A stretch of 32,000 nt of DNA from assembly GCF_000039765.1 (NCBI RefSeq), contig NC_004459.3:3249867-3281866 (forward strand). The letters run 5' to 3'. Under the pieces are notes generated by a model. It saw nothing but the letters and a program-made list of their open reading frames with translations. It did not search any database and was not told the DNA's origin. Below are positions 8,334-16,133 of this stretch, one piece after another; position 1 is the stretch's first letter; the number at the start of each line of letters is the position of its first letter. The DNA comes from Vibrio vulnificus CMCP6 (GTDB lineage Bacteria; Pseudomonadota; Gammaproteobacteria; Enterobacterales; Vibrionaceae). The position numbers and the translations under genes are program-made.

Positions 8334-8789
8334 ATGCATAAGGAAACCTTTAAAGTTGCTCCTTTTAATCTTGATAATTTTAAATCGAAAGCAGTACGAT
8401 TTACGTCACTGATAGCAGAAAAGTCAGGACATGATAAATTTAAATCAAAAGAACGTTATAATTTGCTTGCTCAATCATTGGGTTATAAAGACCATGGAGC
8501 TCTCGTGAAGTTATCGCGTTCCTGGAAAATCAGTAACAATAATGCCGTTTTTAGCATTTTTGTTTATGAGAAACACAGAAAAAAAATCATTCATACTTTT
8601 TGCTCAAACCTTCCATCGGTCTCCAACAAACATATCGAAGCGGCTGTAAAGGAAATGATTGTGGACGAAAGACTAGAAATCTCTAATTTTTTACGCTGTA
8701 CTCCCATGAGCCGAGAATCGTTTGTTCAATATCATAACCGAAACTATTTCGAAGAAGTGACTTGGAGTAACTTTGATTCCCATAACTGA
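8334..8789 (+). CDS. Hypothetical protein, paralog of 1482-2066
   Basis: It shares ERYNLLAQSLGYKDHGALV and TFCSNLPSVSNKHIE with the 203-aa ORF. The upstream DNA also shares CACTACG...CTATG. It looks somewhat less AT-rich than its paralog. Confidence 0.6.
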   Translation: MHKETFKVAPFNLDNFKSKAVRFTSLIAEKSGHDKFKSKERYNLLAQSLGYKDHGALVKLSRSWKISNNNAVFSIFVYEKHRKKIIHTFCSNLPSVSNKHIEAAVKEMIVDERLEISNFLRCTPMSRESFVQYHNRNYFEEVTWSNFDSHN

Positions 8790-8934
8790 GGATCTCGAAC
8801 TTATCAATCACAAAGTCTCAAACTATGTTAAAACAATTAACAAAAATGACTTCAAGCATTAATGCAACTCTTTCGAGAAGGCGGATACAACTATATAGGA
8901 TGGTCCGCCTCACGCCAAATTTATATTAACGTCT

Positions 8935-9983
8935 GACTTTGTTGCGTAAATCATTTTCGAAGCCGAACAGCCCTATTTAGATTAATTGTCAGCCAATACG
9001 ACAAGTTTTAGGCATACCAAGCCCTGTAAGCTTGTTCAACGCTTCGATCATCGCGTAAATTTCACCAACTTGTGCGTTGTAATTTTTTAGACTTAGCCGT
9101 CCACCAAGCAACTGTTTGACTCGATACATCGCCGTTTCAGATAGCGAGCGCTTGTGGTAGCCATAGCGCTTTTTCCAATGCTTGTTCGAACCATGTAGCT
9201 TTGGCAACCAACTGCTAAATTTCTCGGATGACCTCTTTCCCAGAATGCCGCTCCCTCTCTTGGAGGGATAAGAGCCACGGTTCGTCTAATACGGATTGCT
9301 TCGTCGCAATCCCTCGTGTCATAAGCCCCATCGCCTATCTCAAGGATTTTTCGACGTGTTTGCTTAAGCAAATTGGGCAGCACTTCTGCATCACTCACCG
9401 TTGATAAACTCAACTCTGCGGCAATGATTTCGTGCGTACTCGTATCTACTGCGAGATGTAATTTCCGCCACACTCTTCGTTTACCATCCGAGCCATGTTT
9501 TTTGACTTTCCACTCGCCCTCGCCATAAACTTGAGACCTGTCGCATCGATAGCAAGATGCTGAATCGGTCCTTTGGTTTTCGTTTTAAAACTTACATCAA
9601 CATCTTTGGCTCGACGACTGATACAACTGTAGTGTGGGCAGTGCAGTGCAAGTTGAGCAAGTCGAAACACGGAATCCATAAACCCTTGCGAAGCGTGAAG
9701 TGGCATTGAAAAAATGCGCTTTACCATCAAAGCGGTTGTGATGGCCAAATCACTGAAAATACGAGGTCTCCCGCGCTTGTTTTGCTTGCCTTGTCTCCAC
9801 TCTCTTATCGCTTCTTCATCAATCCAAAACGTCAGAGTGCCGCGGTTGATGAGAGCTTGATTGTATTGCTTCCAGTTGTTTGTTTTGTAACGTGGTTTAG
9901 GCATGAGACTAAAGAGTTGAATGAACGTAGCCGATCAGATCGTAAGCTTTGAATTTAGTTCCATCGATTTCCGCAACAAAGCC
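8935..9983 (-). mobile_element. IS5-family, IS903-group insertion sequence (about 1049 bp), transposase inactivated
   Basis: The terminal inverted repeats are GACTTTGTTGCGTAAATCA (8935-) and GGCTTTGTTGCGGAAATCG (reverse complement, ending at 9983). The translated ORFs match the IS903 transposase (MPKPRYKTNNWKQYNQALINRGTLTFW..., IWRKLHLAVD, ETAMYRVKQL). Confidence 0.85.
8989..9904 (-). pseudogene. IS903-like DDE transposase split into three ORFs by two frameshifts
   Basis: ORFs 9446-9904, 9093-9473 and 8989-9207 together cover one colinear transposase of about 307 aa, but in three different frames. Confidence 0.85.
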
Positions 9984-10796
9984 TCGATGGCTTGGAAAGC
10001 TCAACTCGAGGTAAACGCTGTATTGACTGCTTTACTCGCACTGAATCCTCAAAGTCTTGGATATCAACGTTCACGTTGGAGAACTGAGCCGATGGCGATT
10101 GAGGTGAATCGGATATTTGGGTTTAACGCGCACTCATCGACCATTCGTCGATGGGTGCCTAAACTTGGGATCGTCTGGCGAAGAGCCTGCATATCAAAGA
10201 TCCAGATAAAGAAGCCAAACTCACCAGAATCAAAGAGGCATTAGCGCGTTGCGACGCTGACAATCCGGTGTTTTATGAAGACGAAGTCGACATTCACTTA
10301 AACCGCAAAATTGGGTCAGATTGGATGCCCAAAGGTCAACAAAAGAAAGTAGCGACACCGGGACAAAATGCCAAATACTATCTCGCAGGAACTCTGCATG
10401 CCAACACTGGTAAAGTCTCGTATGTCGGAAGTAGCAGTAAAAACTCAGAACTGTTTATTGCGATGCTAGAGTAGTTGAAACGCCAGTACCGCCGAGCAAA
10501 AACCATTACTCTTATCATAGATAATTACATCATTCACAAGAGCAGAAAAACACAGGGTTGGTTAAAGCAAAATCCGAAGTTTGTTTTGCTTTTTCAGCCA
10601 GTGTACTCGCCTTGGGTAAACAAAATAGAGAAGCTTTGGCATACGTTGCATGAAACGGTGACACGGAATCATCAATGCAAAGTAATGTGGCAACTTTTAA
10701 AGCGGGTTCGATACTTTATGGATAACGTTTCACCATTTCCCGGCGGCGGTCATGGGCGACAAAAAAGTGGAGCATAATTAGGAACAGTTATTTAGG
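9984..10796 (+). mobile_element. IS630-family element, copy A: 5'-truncated by the IS903-like element, with a frameshift and an in-frame TAG
   Basis: IS630-type transposase blocks are present (GYQRSRW, PVFYEDEVDIHLN, LAGTLH, IIDNYIIHKS, YSPWVNKIEKLW). The right inverted repeat TAGGAACAGTTATTTAGG lies at 10779-10796. There is an in-frame TAG at 10472-10474 and a frameshift near 10190-10270. The left end is missing. Confidence 0.8.
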
Positions 10797-10996
10797 CTCA
10801 AGCAGCGTATCTAAACGTAATAACACCACATAGGCAAAATGACATCGCGGTACTTACCCCGAACATAAACGTCACGCAGACAATCGTCGGCGATATTCCA
10901 GATAAATGAAACAAGTTTATTATGTACACTGTGGTCCATCTGTTTATCTTAATTCTGTTGAGCGTATGGCTCGAAATTCTTCTTGTTGTGAGTTCG

Positions 10997-11887
10997 TTAT
11001 GCCTTTGGGGCAATATCGAGCTCTGCAATATCTTTTAACTGGCTGGCATTACGCAGCCACAATAAATGTTCTCGCCCTGTCAGGCTGTGATCTTCCGTAC
11101 AATCAACATTCCAGTAACGTAGATAGTATCCGGCAAGGGGAAGTCTTAACTTGATGCTACGATGCCAATCCGGTGAGGATTCCATAGAGAAATCCAGGGC
11201 AATAGCCTGATGAAATGATTGTGAGGGATGGGGGACTAACTCAAGTTCAACCGACTGATTCCAACTATCATCACTTTCTCTCTGTTCACTTTCCAGAACT
11301 TGTTCTTCTAGATTTTCAACCTGAGTAAACCGAGTGCAAACAAAGTCACGAAACTGATTATGTTTGCGGTCAAACGCTCTGACATGCCAACGTTGCCCAT
11401 TATTAACCAGTGTATGGGGTACGAGAATGCGTTGTGTCTCGCCTGAACTCAAAGACCAATAAGTCACTTGAATTGGTTGCTGATGGACAATACCGCGCAT
11501 TAGTCCCGCGACAATGTCGCTACTCGGGTTAAGTTGGCTAAAAGACTGAATGCATATTTCAGAAGGCTTAACAGGCATAGAGATACAGTCACCAAAGCCT
11601 TCCACTAAGCGTTGTAGTATGGCACTGCTATTATGCTCAAAAAGTGGCTGAAATTGTTCTGTGCGGTAGTAACGTTTATCTTCATGCTTGAGGACCAAAT
11701 TATCCGGCATTAACTCACGATAGAGAGTAAAGTCACGCGAACAAGACGCCAGTCCTGTTTTAAAATGCTGTATAAGGTCTGTTCTTGCAACATCACCAAA
11801 GTACTGCAAGCAAAAGTCTATAAAAGCCAATCGCTCTTTATGCGCGTAGCTTAAATCCTCTAAAGCTTTATTTCTCTGAGCTCCCAT
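10997..11887 (-). CDS. Putative WYL-domain transcriptional regulator (N-terminal HTH, central WYL-like domain)
   Basis: The N-terminus reads KERLAFIDFCLQYFGDVARTDLIQHF...SRDFTLYRE (HTH-like). The WYL-like core is GQRWHVRAFDRKHNQFRDFVCTRF. I prefer the start at the MGAQRN Met (11887) over the ORF-track start at 11947. Confidence 0.5.
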   Translation of the reverse strand: MGAQRNKALEDLSYAHKERLAFIDFCLQYFGDVARTDLIQHFKTGLASCSRDFTLYRELMPDNLVLKHEDKRYYRTEQFQPLFEHNSSAILQRLVEGFGDCISMPVKPSEICIQSFSQLNPSSDIVAGLMRGIVHQQPIQVTYWSLSSGETQRILVPHTLVNNGQRWHVRAFDRKHNQFRDFVCTRFTQVENLEEQVLESEQRESDDSWNQSVELELVPHPSQSFHQAIALDFSMESSPDWHRSIKLRLPLAGYYLRYWNVDCTEDHSLTGREHLLWLRNASQLKDIAELDIAPKA

Positions 11888-12034
11888 TCCATACCTTGAT
11901 ACTTGCAACTTGGTGGATATATTAAGGAATGCAACCGATAGGTACAATCATTTTGATAGGATGATTTTGATGTTACCTGTATCAGTTCAAAAACAGGCTG
12001 TACTGCTGTTTTCACAATACATAACAGGGAAGTT

Positions 12035-12331
12035 ATGAAAGTTTACCTAGATGACGCACGACCTACTCCAGATGGGTGGCACCGAGTCTACAGGCCTGAA
12101 GAAGCCATTGTATTACTCAAGCAAGGGACAGTATCTGAAATCAGCCTTGATCAAGATCTTGGTGATCATGAACACGGCACTGGCTATGATGTGCTTTTAT
12201 GGATTGAAGAGGCAGCTGTAACGTAAAGTTTTCAACCACCTATAATACGGGTTCACAGCGCTAACTCGTCTGCGAGAAAGAAAGTGGAGTTCGGTATCGT
12301 GAATATCAAACGTGTAAGTATGTTAGCTTGA
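12035..12331 (+). pseudogene. Small receiver-like (cyclic-phosphate-processing-receiver type) protein interrupted by an in-frame TAA
   Basis: MKVYLDDARPTPDGW...ISLDQDLGDHEHGTGYDVLLWIEEAAVT is followed by TAA at 12224-12226. The same frame continues SFQPPIIRVHSANSSARKKVEFGIVNIKR... to TGA at 12329-12331. That gives the full expected domain of about 98 aa. Confidence 0.5.
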
Positions 12332-12365
12332 GCTAATAGAAAAATGGCAAGACATACTCTATTTA

Positions 12366-12671
12366 TCACACAAGTTGAATTACATATACAGCAGTGGTTG
12401 CAGCGAAAATAGCTGCTACCTTTAGCGAAAATAATATCAATTGCCTCTTGTATCCATAAGAAATCGCTTGCTCAAGTTCGTATAGTTCAATCTTTGTTCG
12501 CTTGTCTTGATACAAAAATATGCCATCAAGTATTCTTGAGGTCATTCCTAACTTCCACTGTTCATAAAGTTTCAGTCTTTCAGCAGAAGGGAAATCATCA
12601 ATGTGGTTTCTGCTTCTGATTGCAGCCGCTATCTGGTCTACAGTTCGTCTCTTTTTCAAAAGCACCGGCAT
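12366..12671 (-). CDS. Hypothetical tail-anchored membrane protein (101 aa), last gene of the helicase operon
   Basis: A single hydrophobic segment, LILFSLKVAAIFAATTAVYVIQLV, sits at the extreme C-terminus, and the N-terminus is charged. A 16-nt gap separates it from the upstream gene. Confidence 0.5.
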   Translation of the reverse strand: MPVLLKKRRTVDQIAAAIRSRNHIDDFPSAERLKLYEQWKLGMTSRILDGIFLYQDKRTKIELYELEQAISYGYKRQLILFSLKVAAIFAATTAVYVIQLV

Positions 12672-12687
12672 TGCCCCAGTAAGTTAA

Positions 12688-13209
12688 TTAATAATCCGCT
12701 GATTTTAAGGCGCGTATTTTAGAAATCAGTTCACTAGTAACGCCCTTTCCAGACTCTGAACGTAAGTAACGATCCGGATAATGTTGCAATAGCTCTTCAG
12801 AGCCGACATCGCCACAGACGTACCATTGGGCGTTCAGACTGTGAGCATGGACTAACATCTGACGGACTGAATTATTGTCGTCCATATGCGTTCTGAAGGG
12901 TAATTCTGTCTCAGGGGCTAATTCGTCGCCAGTAAACACACCATGTTCAATAAGGTATGAACGATTGTAAAAAGCCCCCAACGGGTAAAGTAGTAGTAGC
13001 CCCGCTTCTGACGTTGCACTTCTTAACTTGTCGATAGCTTGAAAATCCGGTTCCACCATTTCTAAAAGTGTCGTTGTTCGAGCATTGAACCAATCTTTAT
13101 ACTTGGCATGTACACTTGCATTATGGTCAAAATATTCATTCGAATAGAACAAACTAAGCATGTCGAAATATAAAATCTTCACTGAAATTCCCTGCTTTAC
13201 ATTAGGCAT
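12688..13209 (-). CDS. Hypothetical protein (173 aa), no family recognised
   Basis: The ORF overlaps the upstream gene by 8 nt, which suggests translational coupling. I could recognise no motif. Confidence 0.5.
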   Translation of the reverse strand: MPNVKQGISVKILYFDMLSLFYSNEYFDHNASVHAKYKDWFNARTTTLLEMVEPDFQAIDKLRSATSEAGLLLLYPLGAFYNRSYLIEHGVFTGDELAPETELPFRTHMDDNNSVRQMLVHAHSLNAQWYVCGDVGSEELLQHYPDRYLRSESGKGVTSELISKIRALKSADY

Positions 13210-13507
13210 AGTTAAAATGGTGCTTCATGAAAAAGTCCAGATGACATCCTCTTTCTAATGCTCTTTGCTCAATTTGCTTCCATAATACCGGTAAATAGGT
13301 TTTAAGATCTTCCGCATCCGATTGGTGATATTCATCCTCACAATCTCCAGCAGCAGCTTTTAGCCACCCTGAAGGGGTCAAAATAGTGAGCCCCCGATGA
13401 AAATACTCAGGAATCGACTCCCGAATGAATTCTTCGCTACCGCTAGCAACATAAATTGTGACACCTTCACCCGTCGCGTAATAATAACTAACACCGATAT
13501 AGAACAT
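13202..13507 (-). CDS. Hypothetical protein (101 aa), no family recognised
   Basis: The ORF starts 45 nt downstream of the helicase gene on the same strand and overlaps the next gene. Confidence 0.45.
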   Translation of the reverse strand: MFYIGVSYYYATGEGVTIYVASGSEEFIRESIPEYFHRGLTILTPSGWLKAAAGDCEDEYHQSDAEDLKTYLPVLWKQIEQRALERGCHLDFFMKHHFNYA

Positions 13508-13552
13508 ATAAACTCCTTAAAAATCTCTTGCTTGATGAAACATCTTCTCTGA

Positions 13553-14944
13553 TTATAAAAATGCTGAGACTACACGCTCACGAAATTGTCCTAACCAGAT
13601 TTCATCATAAATGTCATCAGAGCCCCGGCCTGAATTGGACTGTGTAGAATAAGTTCCCCATTCTAACTGGCTGTAAATATTGATAGTTTTTATTGGTTCA
13701 GATTCAACTTCACCGCTTTGATTTGTTGCTTTTAGCTGTGTGACATACTCATCTTTAACGATTTTGGCAAAGAGACATGTTTCAGGAATGTCATGCTCTA
13801 TACGTTCCGCGTATTCAATTAAATTCTGCTCGGCAAACGTATAAAGCCAGGCTTGTTGATTTGGACTTTCGTTGACTCGTAATATCCGACCAAGTACTTG
13901 TCTAAAGTAAAGTTCTGTTTTTACAGAGCTGATATGACAACACACTTGTAATCGGGGAATATCGGTACCTTCGCTTATCATACCGACACTCACAATCCAT
14001 TGGGTCGTTCCTGTTTGATAGGCCTTAATTTCAGATTGTGGATCATCATGATGGTAGGTTACTAATGTTGCTGACTGGCCAAATTTTTCGGTCAATATTT
14101 TTTGTACTTGTTTTGCATGCTTCACCGATGACGAAACAACGAGACCACCGGCATTAAAAGACTCTTTCCGGATTTCACTAAGTTTCTGACATCCCAAGCC
14201 GAGGATATACTCCATTGCTTGAGTATTATGAATCACATCCTGATAAGACGTCTTTGATTGCTTAAGGAGTTCAAGAATAGAAGCAAATGACTTTTTCTCC
14301 GAACCTTCTGAAATCGTTAAATGTTCATTATCAACCAAAACTAATTTCGGCTTACGGCAAACTTTGTCAGCTATAGCTTCAGCTAACCCATACTGGTAAT
14401 CACAAAAAAGCTTGCCTTCCGGATCACTATATTCAGCTAAAACAATCGGAAATTTATCTGAGCGCCAAGGAGTTCCTGAAAGAGCCAAAGTATAGGTGGC
14501 AACACCTTGTATACGCGCTAATATCTGTTGTCCCCAAATGTTGGCTCTGTCTGGCCCATCGCCAGAACAGTGATGTATTTCATCAAATACGACAAGCAGC
14601 CGATATTTTTCAATGGTCCGCCAAAAGTCGTCGCCTAAATACTGAATTGACTGATAAGTAAGCGACTGACCAATTGAGCCTAGACTTCCGTTAAATGGAC
14701 AATTTATGGTTATCGAGAACGTAGCCCTCATGCCATCAGCTACAGCGACTGAAGGTGAAAAGCAAAGAATAAGATCGATCATGCCTTTATCGAGTAGTGT
14801 CTTAGCCAGTGTAGCTGACATGATGCTTTTACCGGCTCCAGGTGTTGCCTGACAGAAGAAATGGTTAGAACCGGATTCGTACTTTTCCAACGCCTGAGCA
14901 ACACATTCTGCTTGCCATTTTCTTAACATACTATGTTCTCTCAT
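13553..14944 (-). CDS. Superfamily 2 DEAH-type helicase (ResIII-like N-lobe plus helicase C-lobe), 463 aa
   Basis: Motifs present are LRKWQ (Q-like), ATPGAGKS (Walker A), VVFDEIHH (motif II), LSGTPWR (motif III), SEGTDIPRL (motif V) and FRQVLGRILR (motif VI). Confidence 0.8.
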   Translation of the reverse strand: MREHSMLRKWQAECVAQALEKYESGSNHFFCQATPGAGKSIMSATLAKTLLDKGMIDLILCFSPSVAVADGMRATFSITINCPFNGSLGSIGQSLTYQSIQYLGDDFWRTIEKYRLLVVFDEIHHCSGDGPDRANIWGQQILARIQGVATYTLALSGTPWRSDKFPIVLAEYSDPEGKLFCDYQYGLAEAIADKVCRKPKLVLVDNEHLTISEGSEKKSFASILELLKQSKTSYQDVIHNTQAMEYILGLGCQKLSEIRKESFNAGGLVVSSSVKHAKQVQKILTEKFGQSATLVTYHHDDPQSEIKAYQTGTTQWIVSVGMISEGTDIPRLQVCCHISSVKTELYFRQVLGRILRVNESPNQQAWLYTFAEQNLIEYAERIEHDIPETCLFAKIVKDEYVTQLKATNQSGEVESEPIKTINIYSQLEWGTYSTQSNSGRGSDDIYDEIWLGQFRERVVSAFL

Positions 14945-15488
14945 GTGACAATGAATTCAACATATTCGTAATTGCATTAATGTTACCCATAAACAAAGCT
15001 GCCTTTTCGTTAGCGGCAACGTGCAGACGGTCAAGAAGCTGAAATTGATCGGGATATTGTTCTTTTAACGTTTTGTACTGCTCTATCTCACCCAAAGTGA
15101 CTTCCAACTCTCCCTTTAATCTGTTGCGCTCAACCGTTAATTCTGAGTAATCGTTACTATCACTGTTTATAACTGAAACTTTTGGGAGACACTTTTTTAC
15201 ACGTGATTTAGGTTTACGAGGCTCAAAAGAGAGCGAATAAAACTCGTCAGTTTTGAAGTAACGCTTTTCCCTACCAGAACCTTCACAGCGCAACCATCCG
15301 CTTTCAATACACTTTAATAACTGTCGATAAACAATCTTTCGAAGCTCATTGATATCTTTAGGACTTTCGGAGAACAAGCGAGCGGCATCTCGAGCCTCGA
15401 CAACGGAAAATCCATCCATCTCTTTTTCTATCAATAACTTATAAATATACACGTTTATCTTTTGAGAACGTTTCACATACAACTCCAA
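14931..15488 (-). CDS. Hypothetical winged-helix-like / coiled-coil protein (185 aa), first gene of the helicase operon
   Basis: The N-terminal approx. 90 aa resemble a wHTH (IVYRQLLKCIESGWLRCEGSGREKRYFK). The C-terminus is heptad-rich (RNRLKGELEVTLGEIEQYKTLKEQ). The gene overlaps or abuts the helicase start. Confidence 0.5.
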   Translation of the reverse strand: MELYVKRSQKINVYIYKLLIEKEMDGFSVVEARDAARLFSESPKDINELRKIVYRQLLKCIESGWLRCEGSGREKRYFKTDEFYSLSFEPRKPKSRVKKCLPKVSVINSDSNDYSELTVERNRLKGELEVTLGEIEQYKTLKEQYPDQFQLLDRLHVAANEKAALFMGNINAITNMLNSLSHERT

Positions 15489-15498
15489 AACACCAAAA

Positions 15499-15549
15499 AC
15501 TTAGGATTGCTAAGTATACAAAAATAAGTAAAACTTAGACAATCTAAGT
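15499..15549. promoter_or_regulatory. Two related 17-bp palindromic operators in the divergent XRE/helicase-operon promoter region
   Basis: ACTTAGgattgCTAAGT lies at 15499-15515 and ACTTAGacaatCTAAGT at 15533-15549. Their centres are 34 bp apart, within the 92-bp intergenic region. Confidence 0.55.
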
Positions 15550-15580
15550 TATCGAAGGATTTAAGAGAAATGAATCGTCT

Positions 15581-15898
15581 GTGGAAGACAACCCGATACC
15601 TATGCGGCTTAAAAAAGCTCGCAAACATGCCAAAATTACCCAGAAAAACTTGGGGATAATGATCGGTATGGATGAAAGCTCTGCAAGTGGCCGAATGAAC
15701 CATTACGAAAAAGGGCGACATACGCCGGATATCAGCACATTAAGAAAAATGGCTGATGCTCTTGGCGTGCCGTTAAATTACTTTTTTTGTGAGGATGAGG
15801 CGTCTGCTGAGTTAGCGACGGCAATCTCGAGATTATCTGAAGCTAAAAGAAATCAAGTGCTTAAATTTGTAAAATCACTAGAAGAAAGTGACGAGTAA
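15581..15898 (+). CDS. XRE/Cro-C1-family HTH transcriptional regulator
   Basis: MRLKKARKHAKITQKNLGIMIGMDESSASGRMNHYEKGRHTPDISTLRKMADALGVPLNYFF is a typical HTH_XRE domain. The start is GTG at 15581 or ATG at 15602. The gene is divergent from the helicase operon. Confidence 0.8.
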   Translation: MEDNPIPMRLKKARKHAKITQKNLGIMIGMDESSASGRMNHYEKGRHTPDISTLRKMADALGVPLNYFFCEDEASAELATAISRLSEAKRNQVLKFVKSLEESDE

Positions 15899-16133
15899 AG
15901 CAGGGATTCAAGCCCGTTCGTGCATTGCCCCAACAGTTACTATAAGGCGTCCCAAAAGTCTCAAATGCATTACATACAATTTTTTGCATCCAAGGATTGG
16001 GGAAATTATTAGCCGCCAGAGAAAATGGGCTAGTTTGAACCGATACCACTCTGACTAAAGTTAATTTACTTATATTCGTGGTGATAGGTTTGGTAGATTA
16101 GTCCTACTGTGGGAGTAGTAATATAGACTCATA

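Noticed and set aside
8794-8805. CTCGAACTTATC just after the 151-aa gene; its reverse complement GATAAGTTCGAG matches the left-junction sequence GATTAGTTCGTT at 9 of 12 positions, raising the idea of an 8.3-kb minimal element with inverted ends
   Set aside because: A 9/12 match in a search space of about 300 nt of AT-rich DNA is expected by chance at an appreciable rate. The sequence after 8805 also does not encode the missing YfbR C-terminal half in any frame.
10798-11154. ORFs 10798-11028 (minus, 76 aa, hydrophobic C-terminus) and 10906-11154 (plus, 82 aa) between IS630 copy A and the WYL gene
   Set aside because: They overlap each other and the 3' end of the WYL gene, and I recognised no family. 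A small membrane protein cannot be excluded, but support is too weak to annotate.
15473-16049. Minus-strand ORFs 15473-15721 (82 aa) and 15861-16049 (62 aa)
   Set aside because: The first runs antisense through the operator region and the XRE gene. The second overlaps the XRE gene's 3' end. Neither has any recognisable feature or ribosome-binding site.
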